From contig OY970160.1 in assembly GCA_963706445.1 (NCBI GenBank), positions 896,001-960,000 of the forward strand: 64,000 nt of DNA, in the 5' to 3' direction. Numbering within the stretch: position 1 is the stretch's first letter; every line of letters starts with the position of its first letter. The stretch comes from an uncultured Nitrososphaerales archaeon. Lineage in GTDB: Archaea; Thermoproteota; Nitrososphaeria; Nitrososphaerales; Gagatemarchaeaceae. Below, one piece after another: positions 19,474 to 29,585 of this stretch. Both the position numbers and the translations under genes were made by a program. Below the pieces are notes generated by a model. That model saw only the letters and a program-made list of their open reading frames with translations, did no database searches and had not been told where the DNA came from.

Positions 19474-20211
19474 GTGGTGGACAAGCCGGGCCGAAGGAAG
19501 AGGAGGACCATCCCATGGAAGAAGATCGCTTCATGGGCCGTGGTGGCTATACTGGTTGTAGCAGCTGGGTGGTACATCTATTCCAACTACATCTACAAGG
19601 CGCCGCCCAAATATGCCCGGATAGATACTAGCGACGGGACAATCTACGTCGTCCTCTACCCTCAGTGCGCCCCTCAGACCGTTGCCAATTTCGTAAACCT
19701 CGCGAATTCGGGGTTTTACAACGACCTCGCCTGGCACCGAATCGTTCAGGGATTCGTAATACAGACGGGCGACCCCCACTCTAGGGGAGGGCTCAACAGC
19801 ACGAGATCGAGCTGGGGGGAGGGGTTCACGAACGCGACGGGTTTGGCTACATCTGACCTTGCCGCCAACATGACCGTCCCCCTTGAGGTGAGTCGATGCC
19901 CGAATCTCGGGACCTACGAGGGTTATCTGGGGGTGGCCAGGGAGGGTAACTTCACGACCGGTCTGAACACGGGTAGCACCCAGTTCTTCATCAACCTGTC
20001 CAACAGCACGACAAACCTCCAGATAAGCGGACACTACACCGTCTTCGGGAAGGTCATATCAGGTTGGAGCGTCGTCCAGGCGCTTGCCAAAGCCCCCATC
20101 TGCCAGGCCCCGACGTGCCCGAAAAGCTGGCCTGCGGACGAACCTCTCCCGGCGGTATTCATCAGTGATGTCGTGATACTGAACGGACCGCCTAACGTCA
20201 CGACAGCTTAG
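19474..20211 (+). CDS. Membrane-anchored cyclophilin-type peptidyl-prolyl isomerase
   Basis: N-terminal TM helix; APQTVANF, WHRIVQGFVIQTGDP, GSTQFFIN, YTVFGKV. Confidence 0.9.
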   Translation: MVDKPGRRKRRTIPWKKIASWAVVAILVVAAGWYIYSNYIYKAPPKYARIDTSDGTIYVVLYPQCAPQTVANFVNLANSGFYNDLAWHRIVQGFVIQTGDPHSRGGLNSTRSSWGEGFTNATGLATSDLAANMTVPLEVSRCPNLGTYEGYLGVAREGNFTTGLNTGSTQFFINLSNSTTNLQISGHYTVFGKVISGWSVVQALAKAPICQAPTCPKSWPADEPLPAVFISDVVILNGPPNVTTA

Positions 20212-20215
20212 CAAT

Positions 20216-20491
20216 CTACCACATGCGTCTTTCGTTCTTGGCTCGGACCTTGACTATGCCGTAGTGGACGCTGCAACTAATGCAATAGTAGCGAACCTGG
20301 GTGGGAGCCGCGATATACGCTCCCGCTGCCCTAAGCTCTCGTGCGAGGGTCGGTTCCACGAGGCTCAGGCGCGTGGTGACTTTCTTCGCCTTGTCTCTCG
20401 GCACGCTTGCCCCGCAGTTGCTACAGTAGATGGTGTCGCTCCGTCCCTTCCCTCCCTTGGAACGACCGCGACTCTTTCTCTTCTTAGTCAA
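20216..20491 (-). CDS. rps26e: 30S ribosomal protein S26e
   Basis: KKRKSRGRSKG, CSNCG..VPRDKA, YCISCSVH..VKVR. Confidence 0.95.
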   Translation of the reverse strand: MTKKRKSRGRSKGGKGRSDTIYCSNCGASVPRDKAKKVTTRLSLVEPTLARELRAAGAYIAAPTQVRYYCISCSVHYGIVKVRAKNERRMW

Positions 20492-20543
20492 ACTTTGAAA
20501 CTGTCATTTTCTCTTCCCCTTTAAACCTATACGAGGTCCAGGG

Positions 20544-21479
20544 TCATTCTTTCTTGTAAGGTACTGCGAGGGCGGCAGGAGGCCTGAGACGCTTCGAAGC
20601 TATCCCAAGGGTCGCCACCGTCGCAAGGTATGGAAGCATCAGGACGAGAAATATGTACGACGTCGCTAGGTGCCCTTGGACGACATATTGGACCCCCACG
20701 GTCATGCCGAAGAGTATGCTCATGCCAAGTACATAGGCCGGTTTCCACCCGCCTGCGATTACAGCCGCCAGCGCGATGAAAGCTGGAATCACGGATCCCG
20801 TTGGGTCGGGGACGAAACTCGAGTTGAAATCTACCGTGAAATAGGCGCCTCCGAGCCCAAGGAAGGCTCCTCCAATGGCCGTGGCGATAATCCTCGTCCT
20901 TGCCACGTCGAGGCCTGCGGCTTCTGCAGCCTTCGGGTTCTCACCTACGGCTCTTATATGAAGACCAAGCTTCGTCCTCCCGAGGAAGATGAATACGAGG
21001 ATGGGGAGAATGAACATCACTGCCATCAGGGGGCTGACTGTGAGCGTCAGTCCGTTGGACAGGCCGCTGATGGTGGCGATGGGGAGAACGGTGAACCTGG
21101 GAAGAGGCGTTCCGTCGATTTGGAAGTATTTTTGGAGGAGGACGTAGGTGAAACCCACCGCGAAAATGTTGATTCCTATCCCGGCGATGACCTGATCGAC
21201 ATGGACCTTTGTCGCAAAGACCGCCAGTATCAGGTTCAACAGCACTCCTACGGCCATTGCCGCGACAAGCGCGATGTACGGAGAGCTCTGGCCTGCAGAC
21301 GGGCCCAGGGTGTAGTTCACCGCCGCTGCGGTGAAGGCGCCGATGAGCATCACCCCGTATATTCCGATGTTCAGGATGCCGGACTTCTCTGTAATGAGCT
21401 CCCCGTCGGCGGCTATCGCTATGGGGATCGCTTTCTGCAGCCCGAAGACGACCAGGAGCACAACGAATGTTAGATCCAT
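20544..21479 (-). CDS. Nucleoside/simple sugar ABC transporter permease
   Basis: EKSGILNIG, GLHIRAVGENPKAAEAAG, LPYLAT, PAALAVPY. Confidence 0.9.
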   Translation of the reverse strand: MDLTFVVLLVVFGLQKAIPIAIAADGELITEKSGILNIGIYGVMLIGAFTAAAVNYTLGPSAGQSSPYIALVAAMAVGVLLNLILAVFATKVHVDQVIAGIGINIFAVGFTYVLLQKYFQIDGTPLPRFTVLPIATISGLSNGLTLTVSPLMAVMFILPILVFIFLGRTKLGLHIRAVGENPKAAEAAGLDVARTRIIATAIGGAFLGLGGAYFTVDFNSSFVPDPTGSVIPAFIALAAVIAGGWKPAYVLGMSILFGMTVGVQYVVQGHLATSYIFLVLMLPYLATVATLGIASKRLRPPAALAVPYKKE

Positions 21480-22549
21480 TTCTTCCTCCCCAGAAGCCTA
21501 AGGATGCGCCTGCTGAGGTAGGGCGCTGACATGAAGAGAACGATGATTCCTTGCATGGCCCAGACTATGTAGATGTTCTGAAAGACAGCGGCGGTCCCGG
21601 CGGCAAGAATCGACACGAATATTCCCGTGAAGATCGACCCTACCGGATTGTTCGCGGCCATCAGAGCGACTGCTATGCCTGCGAACCCCTCCCCACCGAA
21701 CCAGCCGAAAATGAAACCGTCTTGGTAGCATGCAGTCAGGTAGCACCCCCTCCCCACGCTGAGGATGTCCCCCGCACCGGCGAGGCCAGCCAGCGCCCCG
21801 CCTATCACCATTGCGATGACCTTCGTTTTTCTCGGGTTGATGCCCTTGGATTCGGCCTGTGTCGCACCCAGCCCTGTGGCTCTTATGCTATAGCCCAAGG
21901 TCGTCCTCCTCAGGAAGAAGGCGATCCCGATTGCAAGAGCGATGGCGACGACTACCATGATAGACGTCGTGAAGTAAGGGAGCGTAGGCAGAGTGGCAGC
22001 AGCGCTGATGTCCACCCTGTCGTAGATGGCAACATCTGGCACCCTGGGTACGATGGCGACGAGGAGGAGAAAGGTGGCAAAGGACGCGGCGACGAAGTTC
22101 ATCATGATTGTCGAGACTATGGCCGACGCGTTCCTGTATGCTTCGAGGAGTCCTGAAATCGACGCCCAGAGCCCTCCCACCGCGCATGCGGCGATTACGG
22201 CCACCAACGCCCAAAGGCCCGGAGGAAGGGGCACGAAGACTACGATGAGCGCGACTACGATCCCCCCGAGGGTCGCCTGTCCCTGCCCTCCCACGTTCCA
22301 GATGCCCGCCTTCCCGGGTATCAGGAAAGCCAGTGCGAGTAGTATGTAGGAGCTCATGTAGCTCAATACGGTGGACTGGCCATACTGGGTCCCGAGAGCG
22401 CCTGTGAAGATCTCCTGGAATATGGTCAGAGGATTGAGCCCGAAGATTAACATCAAGACCGAGCCGGCTACTAATCCGAGCCCAAGGGCGATGAGAGACG
22501 GGAGCGCCGACTTGAAGGCTCCAGTAATGGCCGCGCTTCTACCGCTCAC
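21470..22549 (-). CDS. Nucleoside/simple sugar ABC transporter permease
   Basis: WNVGGQGQ, STIMMN, GFAGIAVALMAANNP. Confidence 0.9.
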   Translation of the reverse strand: MSGRSAAITGAFKSALPSLIALGLGLVAGSVLMLIFGLNPLTIFQEIFTGALGTQYGQSTVLSYMSSYILLALAFLIPGKAGIWNVGGQGQATLGGIVVALIVVFVPLPPGLWALVAVIAACAVGGLWASISGLLEAYRNASAIVSTIMMNFVAASFATFLLLVAIVPRVPDVAIYDRVDISAAATLPTLPYFTTSIMVVVAIALAIGIAFFLRRTTLGYSIRATGLGATQAESKGINPRKTKVIAMVIGGALAGLAGAGDILSVGRGCYLTACYQDGFIFGWFGGEGFAGIAVALMAANNPVGSIFTGIFVSILAAGTAAVFQNIYIVWAMQGIIVLFMSAPYLSRRILRLLGRKKWI

Positions 22550-24063
22550 GAAGTCGCTACGCCTCCGAGCAGTTTCCCAAGCTCTCCGATTCCCACCCCC
22601 CGTTTCAATTCACCTATTATCTTGCCCTCGTAGAGGACCATGATCCTATCACTGAGGTCCAGGATCTCGTCGAAGTCTGCGCTCACCAACAGGACACCCC
22701 GCCCGGCGTTCCTGGCCTGGACCAGGAGGGTCTGGATGTATTCCGTACTTGAGACATCCAACCCACGGGTAGGCTGATGCGCTATGAGCAGATGCGGTTC
22801 CCCTGCAAGTTCCCTTCCTACGATCACCTTCTGCTGGTTCCCGCCGGATAAGTTGCGTGCCTTGACGTCGATGCTCGAAGTCGAGACACTGAAGGCTTGG
22901 ACAATCTTCCGTGCGAAGTCCTTGATGCTCCTTGGGGCTATGAGTCCGTGGCTGGAGAATTCGGCCCTTTCGGTGGACCCCAGGACCACGTTCTCGGCGA
23001 TCGAGAAATCGAGGATTAGCCCGTTCAAGGCCCTGTCCTCGGGGACGTGCCCGACTGAGAGCTTCAGGATCTCGGAAGTCGACAGTTCGTTCGTCAGCTT
23101 CCCGCTCAGTCGTATCGTTCCACCTGTAGGCTTGTTGAGCCCCATTATGCATTCGACGAGCTCCGTCTGGCCGTTCCCCTCTACCCCTGCGACCCCGACT
23201 ATCTCTCCGGTCTTCACGTAGAGAGAACATCCGTCTAGGACCTTCGCCTTGTGCTTTGACGGGGCCACAAGATTGGTGATCTCAAGGAGGGTATCCCCCG
23301 GTTCGTAGGGATTGAAGGCGAACTTCCTCTCAATCTGCCTCCCCACCATGGCGTTGGCCAGTATGTCGAAATTGGCGTCTTTTGTGGTCAATGTCGCTGT
23401 CACCTTCCCATGGCGCATTATCGTTATCCGGTTGGTGATTGCCATTACCTCCTTCAGTTTGTGGGTGATGAATATCACCGTCGACCCCCCATCGGTCAGC
23501 CGCCTGATCGACCTGAAGAGCTCCTCAGCCTCCAGGGGGGTGAGCACCGCCGTGGGCTCGTCGAGGATGAGCACCTTGGCGCCTCTGAACAACGCCTTCA
23601 GGATCTCCACCCTCTGCTTGAAGCCGGTGGGAAGGTCTTCGGCCAACGAGTTGAGGTCCACCTCGAGGCCGACCTGCTTAACCATCTCCTCTACCTGGCT
23701 CCTAGCCATGGCCCTGTCGATTATCCCGGTCTTGGACGGCTCTGACCCCAGTATGATGTTCTCCATGACGCTCAGGTTTGGCACCAACGTGAACGCCTGA
23801 TGGACCATCCCCAGGCCGTGGGAGATGGCGTCCGCGGAGCTTCTAATGTTCAACTTCTTCCCTTCTATCTCAATGGTCCCCGCGTCCATGGAATACATCC
23901 CGTAGAGTATGTTCATCAGAGTGCTCTTTCCGGCCCCATTTTCACCAAGAACCCCCATGACCTCGCCCGGCTCGGCCGAGAAGTCGACACCGTCAACCGC
24001 CATAACGCCTGGGAATGATTTCCTGATCCCAGACATCTTAACCATAGAAGCCGTTTTGCTCAT
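22546..24063 (-). CDS. ABC transporter ATP-binding protein (two NBDs, CUT2 family)
   Basis: GENGAGKST, LDEPT, LSGGNQQK; ATG start at 24063. Confidence 0.93.
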   Translation of the reverse strand: MSKTASMVKMSGIRKSFPGVMAVDGVDFSAEPGEVMGVLGENGAGKSTLMNILYGMYSMDAGTIEIEGKKLNIRSSADAISHGLGMVHQAFTLVPNLSVMENIILGSEPSKTGIIDRAMARSQVEEMVKQVGLEVDLNSLAEDLPTGFKQRVEILKALFRGAKVLILDEPTAVLTPLEAEELFRSIRRLTDGGSTVIFITHKLKEVMAITNRITIMRHGKVTATLTTKDANFDILANAMVGRQIERKFAFNPYEPGDTLLEITNLVAPSKHKAKVLDGCSLYVKTGEIVGVAGVEGNGQTELVECIMGLNKPTGGTIRLSGKLTNELSTSEILKLSVGHVPEDRALNGLILDFSIAENVVLGSTERAEFSSHGLIAPRSIKDFARKIVQAFSVSTSSIDVKARNLSGGNQQKVIVGRELAGEPHLLIAHQPTRGLDVSSTEYIQTLLVQARNAGRGVLLVSADFDEILDLSDRIMVLYEGKIIGELKRGVGIGELGKLLGGVATS

Positions 24064-24070
24064 ACTCCCC

Positions 24071-24084
24071 ACAAAAAGAAAGGG
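24071..24084 (-). terminator. Putative U-rich terminator between the binding-protein gene and the ATPase
   Basis: Minus strand CCCTTTCTTTTTGT just after the BMP stop codon. Confidence 0.35.
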
Positions 24085-24108
24085 TAGGTGAGGAGCCCTC
24101 ACCTATCG

Positions 24109-25446
24109 CTAGATGCCAGTGTCCGTGTAGACTTCAGGTACTGTGATGGAGCCGTTGAGGATGCCGTTCGTAATCTGCTTCATCACGTTGATCGCTGTGG
24201 GAGTAAGGAACTGCATTGTGTATTGGAAGTTGGTCGGACCGACTGCCCCTTGCTTGAGCCCAAGCAGGTAGACACCCCTCACGTTGCATGGGGCGTCCCC
24301 GTTGGGACCGCAGAGCTGGGTCTGTCCGTTGAAGAATGATGGAGCGAATGTGTTCGGGTTGTTCCAGAGGCTGCTGTAGTTGCCGTCCACCACCCAGCTC
24401 ATCACCTTGAACACTCCGAAATCGACTTTCTTGATCTCGGAGGTGAGGATGAAGGAAGGCGGCGTTATGGTGGTTGCCGACTGGTTGTTCTGGGCTGCCG
24501 TGAAGAACTGCTGTGTTCCATAGTAGTCCTGGTTGGCGTCGACCCCTATCGCCCATACCGGTGGCGCGGTCGAGTTGGACCAGTTCCAGCCCTGTTGCTG
24601 GTCATACTTGCCTATGGCATTGAAGGTCCCGATGCCGGTCCCACCTGCGGCCGTGAAGATGATCTTATCCCCTGCTGCGATCATTGCCTGGCCGTTGGTG
24701 TAACCCCCGCTTGGGTCAGCGAACCCGTTGAACCCGGTCGAGTCGTAGCGCTCGTCGAGCGTGTTGTTGTAGGTAGTACCTGTAGTCTTGGTGAGATACT
24801 GGTCGGCCCACTGTATCCCGAACTTCCACCCGTTCCAGAACTTGTAGATGATGCCTACGGTAACTCCCCCAAGGAAGCCCAGCTTCGCACCGTTGCCGGC
24901 CTCTGCGGCTGCAAGGGCGCCGACGACCGCGCTTCCAATGTGTTCCTGGAACTTGATTGCGACTACGTTGGTGAAGTTGTATTCATCACCGTCCACCTGG
25001 GCGAACTTCTGGTTCGGGTATTGTGCCGCGTACTGTGCGATGGCTGAGTCGTCGTCGAAGCCGACGCCGACTATGAGTGAAAGGTGGTCATTGATTAGTT
25101 GGTTGAAGAGCGCCGGGATCCCGTTGACCGAAGTGGCGACTTCGTATTGATAGTCGACACCCAGCGTCTGGTTGGCCTGGATCATGCCGGAGTGGGCCAG
25201 GTCGTTGAAGCCTCTGTCTCCGAGACCGCCGACGTCGAACACGACACCGATCGACAGGCCCTTGCCGGGCAGCGGCCCGGTGGTCGTCGTGGATATCGTG
25301 CTGCTCGTTGACGAGGTGGAGGTGGTCGATGATGTAGATGGCGCGTAGGCGATGAAGTAGTAGGCCGCCGCGGCCACCACGATTATGATGATGACGATGG
25401 CTGCATATGCACCTGTGCTGATGCCTTTTCTAGACTGTACGTTCAA
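24109..25446 (-). CDS. BMP/PnrA family nucleoside-binding protein with class III-like signal peptide
   Basis: GGLGDRGFND, IFTAAGGTGIG, WAIGVDANQ; leader KG|ISTG plus TM helix and S/T linker. Confidence 0.9.
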   Translation of the reverse strand: MNVQSRKGISTGAYAAIVIIIIVVAAAAYYFIAYAPSTSSTTSTSSTSSTISTTTTGPLPGKGLSIGVVFDVGGLGDRGFNDLAHSGMIQANQTLGVDYQYEVATSVNGIPALFNQLINDHLSLIVGVGFDDDSAIAQYAAQYPNQKFAQVDGDEYNFTNVVAIKFQEHIGSAVVGALAAAEAGNGAKLGFLGGVTVGIIYKFWNGWKFGIQWADQYLTKTTGTTYNNTLDERYDSTGFNGFADPSGGYTNGQAMIAAGDKIIFTAAGGTGIGTFNAIGKYDQQQGWNWSNSTAPPVWAIGVDANQDYYGTQQFFTAAQNNQSATTITPPSFILTSEIKKVDFGVFKVMSWVVDGNYSSLWNNPNTFAPSFFNGQTQLCGPNGDAPCNVRGVYLLGLKQGAVGPTNFQYTMQFLTPTAINVMKQITNGILNGSITVPEVYTDTGI

Positions 25447-25574
25447 AATGCTTTCTCGCGCCGTCGTTTGGCCATTGGTTATTTAAACGCCAACCGAACA
25501 AAATCTTGGAATTCTCACGTCCGCAAAAAAACCGGGGAAGCCTTCTTAAGACCTCGAAGTTTTCTGCCGGGTGC

Positions 25575-26480
25575 TTGAAGGTTCTGGTGGCCGGGTTCCT
25601 CACAATCGACTCGATCCAGCTCCAGATGCGCCAGATCACTTCGGTGGGAGGGCCGCCGGCCTACGCAGGTCTTGTCTGCTCGAGGTTCGGCCATGAGGTT
25701 CAGCCTCTGACGAAGGTAGGAAATGACTTTCCCGACGAGCAGGCCGTCTGGCTGGCTAGGAACGGCATCATGCTCCGGTCGGCGGACAGGAGCCTGTCGA
25801 AGCCGACTACGAGGTTCACCATCTCGAACACTTCTGGGAGCAGGACCCTCACCCTGGCCAGCAGGTGCGAAGACCTCTCGGCGTCACAGATCCCCCCTGA
25901 CACGAGGTTCTCAGCGTCCCTCGTCAGCCCCCTGGCCGGAGAGGTGTCGACTTCGTTGCTTACCGAGATATCCGCCCGTTCAGATTTCACCTTCCTTGAC
26001 CCGCAGGGGTTCGTCAGGTCCTTCGACTCCAAGGGGCGGGTGTCATTCGGCCCCCTCAGGGACAAGAGCATTCTGTCAAAGGTGGACGCCGTCAAAATGG
26101 ACAGGACTGAGGCCGAGATGATGACGGGCAAGAGCGACCCCCGTGAGGCGCTCGAGAAGGTGGCTTCCATCGGGCTGAGGAAGGCGATAGTGACTCAGGG
26201 GGCGGAGGCGTGTCATGTGCTGGACGGGGCGAGGATCTACCAGGTGGAGGTGCCGCAGGTCCCCGTGGTCGACTCCACTGGGGCAGGGGATATCTTGAGC
26301 GGAGCCACAGTCTCCTGGTATCTGAAGACGAGGGACTTCCTGAGGAGCGCCTGCTTCGGGATAGCGGCGTCCTCCCTTTCTCTCCACATGATTGCCCTCG
26401 CCAAGATAGACCTGCCAATGAGTGTAGACGACAGCGCCATGAGACTCTATTCGATGGCTAACCCTGTGGCCGCAGTCTGA
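25575..26480 (+). CDS. PfkB family carbohydrate kinase
   Basis: GGPPAYAG, DPQGFVR, VDSTGAGD; TTG start at 25575. Confidence 0.88.
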   Translation: MKVLVAGFLTIDSIQLQMRQITSVGGPPAYAGLVCSRFGHEVQPLTKVGNDFPDEQAVWLARNGIMLRSADRSLSKPTTRFTISNTSGSRTLTLASRCEDLSASQIPPDTRFSASLVSPLAGEVSTSLLTEISARSDFTFLDPQGFVRSFDSKGRVSFGPLRDKSILSKVDAVKMDRTEAEMMTGKSDPREALEKVASIGLRKAIVTQGAEACHVLDGARIYQVEVPQVPVVDSTGAGDILSGATVSWYLKTRDFLRSACFGIAASSLSLHMIALAKIDLPMSVDDSAMRLYSMANPVAAV

Positions 26481-27483
26481 CCTTGAGCCAGGCTTTCATT
26501 TTCGATTCGAGCTGGGCCCTAGTAGGGCTCCCCCTGGTCTGGGTGCTTGAAGCCTTTAGCGCGCCAGCAAGATTCCCCCAAAGAGCCGACTCCTCCGGAG
26601 AATCCCCTTCGACAAGACGGCAAACATAGGCGGCGAGGAAGGCGTCTCCCGAGCCGGTGCTGTTCAGAGCCCTCGACCCGAGGGCAGAAAGATCCACGGG
26701 CGGGACCAGAGTATAAGAATTGCCATGAGCGACCACACATCCTTCCGAGCCCAGAGTGACCACTGCGGTCAAGCGAGGGAACCGTTCGAGGACCTTCCGG
26801 AGGCCATCTGTAGGTGAATCGGAGCCGGTGAGTTTGGCTAGCTCGCTCCTGTTGACGACCAAGTAGTCGGCGAGGGCGAGGACCCTGGCAAGTCGGTCGA
26901 AGCTTTCGGTGGCCCTCACGCCTGGGCTGTAGACGATTAGGGCGCCGGCAGCCTTTGCGGCCTTCGCCGCGGCAATAGCGACGGTCGTAGGGGTGTCCAT
27001 CAACACTTCTGCTGACGAGCTACCTAGTACGAGCGCAGATCCTTCAAGCTTGAGATGACGAGGGAGGATTCCATCATTCGCACCGAACCTAGTGTGGATG
27101 ATCTTTGCTCCTGACGAGTCGACCACTACGAACGCCCTGCCAGTGGGGTAGCCATTCAATGTCAGCAGACCACCGGACAGGACCCCCTCCTTGAGGAGGC
27201 TCCGTCGTAGGAGTGGTTCGAGTTTGTCTTCGCCGATTCCGCCTACGAAAGCCACCCTCCCTTTCCCCAATATCCTGCCGGCGGCGACTGCAGCATTGGC
27301 CCCCTTTCCCCCTGGGCCTTCTTCAACTGAAAGGAGGGGAACCTCCTCACCCGGGTGGGCAAAAGACCTCACGAAGACAGTGGTGTCCAAGTTAATCGCT
27401 CCCAGGAACGTGACAAGGCCCCCACGACCTGTCGGGGTTCGGGATGGACCTGACCTAGTACGACTTCCCAAAGTTGACGACAA
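26458..27483 (-). CDS. Ribokinase-like PfkB kinase
   Basis: GAINLD, PGGKGANAAVAA, VNRSE, NSTGSGDAF; start uncertain. Confidence 0.88.
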   Translation of the reverse strand: MSSTLGSRTRSGPSRTPTGRGGLVTFLGAINLDTTVFVRSFAHPGEEVPLLSVEEGPGGKGANAAVAAGRILGKGRVAFVGGIGEDKLEPLLRRSLLKEGVLSGGLLTLNGYPTGRAFVVVDSSGAKIIHTRFGANDGILPRHLKLEGSALVLGSSSAEVLMDTPTTVAIAAAKAAKAAGALIVYSPGVRATESFDRLARVLALADYLVVNRSELAKLTGSDSPTDGLRKVLERFPRLTAVVTLGSEGCVVAHGNSYTLVPPVDLSALGSRALNSTGSGDAFLAAYVCRLVEGDSPEESALWGNLAGALKASSTQTRGSPTRAQLESKMKAWLKVRLRPQG

Positions 27484-28915
27484 ACTCGGCGCCTAGACCG
27501 CAGGCCGGGCACTTGGCCTTGGGAGGCTCCTGGTCGATGGGGATGTTGAGGATCTTCCCTCCCGTGGCCTCCTTCATCTTGGCCTCGCACTCCGGCTTCC
27601 CGCACCAGGGCACCCTGACGATACCCCTCTTTTCTTCGAGGGTCTTCTTCAGCTCGGCCAGAGTAATCGCCTCATGTGTGTTCTTGGCGAGAGCGTCCTT
27701 GGCCTTTTGGAACAGATTAGCTTGGATGGCGCCCAATTCTACCGATACCTCCTTGGACAGGTCGGCAACGCCCACCACTCTTTTCGCTCCAGTGTCGCGC
27801 CTGACGAGCACGGCATGCTTTTCTTTCATGTCCCTGGGCCCGAATTCGACCCTCAGCGGCACACCTTTGAGCTCCCATTCGTTGAACTTCTTCCCAGGGG
27901 TCAGATGGTCCCTGTCGTCAAGGACTGCCCTGAACTCCTTCAGCTCGGCCATGAGCTTGCGCACCTCAGCCAAGATGGCCGCCTTGCTTTCGTCGTTCAC
28001 TATGGGGACCACGACGACCTGCGTCCCAGCCAAGCGTGGTGGAATCACCGCCCCCTTGTCGTCGCCGTGCACCGCGAGCATGGTGCCAATCTCTCTCGTG
28101 CTTATGGCCCAGGTGTTCTGCCAGGCGTACTGCCTTTCCCCGTTCTGATCGATGAACCCGATGTCGAAGGCTTTGGCGAAGTTCTGGCCGTCAGAGTGCC
28201 AGTCTGGCCCTTGGATGGCCTTCCCGTCGGGGAGAAGATGCTCTACGCTGTATGTCGCTTCGGCCCCTGCGAATGTCTCCGTCCTCGTCTTCCTCCCATA
28301 GTATCCCGGGAGCGCTAGGAACTCCTCGGTGATCTTCCTATAGATGCCCATGATCTCGTCCCGCTCGGCGTCGGCCTCCTTCCTGGTCGCGTACAGGGTG
28401 TGGCCCTCGTTCCAGAGGAACTCGCGCGTCCTGAGAAAGGGCGTAGGATGCTTGAATTCCCAGCGGACCACGTTGTTCCACTGGTTGAGCCGCATGGGGA
28501 GGTCCCGCCAGGACCTTATCCACTTCGACACCACCTCGTAAATGAGGGTCTCGGAAGTAGGGCGGATTGCAAGCCTTTCTTCGAGGTCCGAGTTCCCTGC
28601 CTGGGTCACCCAGGCGACCTCGGGGGCGAACCCCTTAACGTGCTCAGCCTCCTTCTTCAGGAGCCTTTCAGGTATGAAAAGAGGGAAGTAAGTGTTCATG
28701 ATACCAACCCGCTTGAATTCCGCGTCGGTGTACCTCTGGATGTTCTCCCAGATCGCGTAGCTGGACGGCCTCAGGACCATGCAGCCGGACACAGGGCTGT
28801 AATCGGCCAACTCTGCCTTCAGAATCATCTGGGTGTACCATTCGTCGAAGTTGGAATCCTTCTTCGCCGTGATGCCCTCCTGGTTGGCCTTCGACATCGG
28901 GAGTTTGGGCACCAT
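27455..28915 (-). CDS. proS: Proline--tRNA ligase (archaeal/eukaryotic type)
   Basis: EAEHVKGFAPE, RPTSET, VRWEFK, RTREFLWNEGH, C-terminal Zn domain. Confidence 0.97.
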   Translation of the reverse strand: MVPKLPMSKANQEGITAKKDSNFDEWYTQMILKAELADYSPVSGCMVLRPSSYAIWENIQRYTDAEFKRVGIMNTYFPLFIPERLLKKEAEHVKGFAPEVAWVTQAGNSDLEERLAIRPTSETLIYEVVSKWIRSWRDLPMRLNQWNNVVRWEFKHPTPFLRTREFLWNEGHTLYATRKEADAERDEIMGIYRKITEEFLALPGYYGRKTRTETFAGAEATYSVEHLLPDGKAIQGPDWHSDGQNFAKAFDIGFIDQNGERQYAWQNTWAISTREIGTMLAVHGDDKGAVIPPRLAGTQVVVVPIVNDESKAAILAEVRKLMAELKEFRAVLDDRDHLTPGKKFNEWELKGVPLRVEFGPRDMKEKHAVLVRRDTGAKRVVGVADLSKEVSVELGAIQANLFQKAKDALAKNTHEAITLAELKKTLEEKRGIVRVPWCGKPECEAKMKEATGGKILNIPIDQEPPKAKCPACGLGAEFVVNFGKSY

Positions 28916-28952
28916 GAGCTGCGCTTAATGAACGTGCCCCTGAAAAAGGATA

Positions 28953-29555
28953 CTACAAGTAGCCGAAGAAAACGATCAAGGACCCCAAGCCAACGAAGAC
29001 CACCGCCGAACCGATTCTCAGACGCCTCGGGGTCAGGAGCCTTCCCAGCCTCGAACCGAGGGTCGTCTCGACGGCCGTGGCGGCCAGCAAACCCGTGCAA
29101 ACGCTGGAAAACACGAAGATCGGGTCCCTGTAGTTCGCGACCATGACTATTGTCAAAACCTCTGTGGCGTCCCCGGCAAGGTCGAGGACTGCGAGCGTCA
29201 CTACGAGGGCCACGAACACCCTGACGAGTGAACCCGCCTTTGGGATCTTCGATTCCTCTTCATTCACGGCCCTCTGACTGACCAGACCTCTTGCTTGCCA
29301 CAGGCCGTACCCGATCATTACGAGACCACCCCCTACCCGGACCCAATCGACCGGGACTGCGGCGATCAGGACGGCACCCAGGGTGATGATGATTGTAGTC
29401 GTGATTACGAACGCGGTGGCACCCGCCAGGAATGTGATCCATACCCTGACCTTCGTCGAAACAGCAATCAGAAGTAGCGAGTCCTTGTCGGTGAGCTCGG
29501 TCACGAAGAGCGCAGCGGCCACGGCGACGAAGGAGGCTGCGGTTGTCTCGTACAA
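28953..29555 (-). CDS. TMEM165/GDT1 (UPF0016) family membrane protein
   Basis: ELTDKD and DLAGDATE variants of the repeated ExGDKT motif. Confidence 0.75.
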   Translation of the reverse strand: MYETTAASFVAVAAALFVTELTDKDSLLLIAVSTKVRVWITFLAGATAFVITTTIIITLGAVLIAAVPVDWVRVGGGLVMIGYGLWQARGLVSQRAVNEEESKIPKAGSLVRVFVALVVTLAVLDLAGDATEVLTIVMVANYRDPIFVFSSVCTGLLAATAVETTLGSRLGRLLTPRRLRIGSAVVFVGLGSLIVFFGYL

Positions 29556-29585
29556 CGGCCCACCCGAGGGTGGTCGGTGCCCCTA

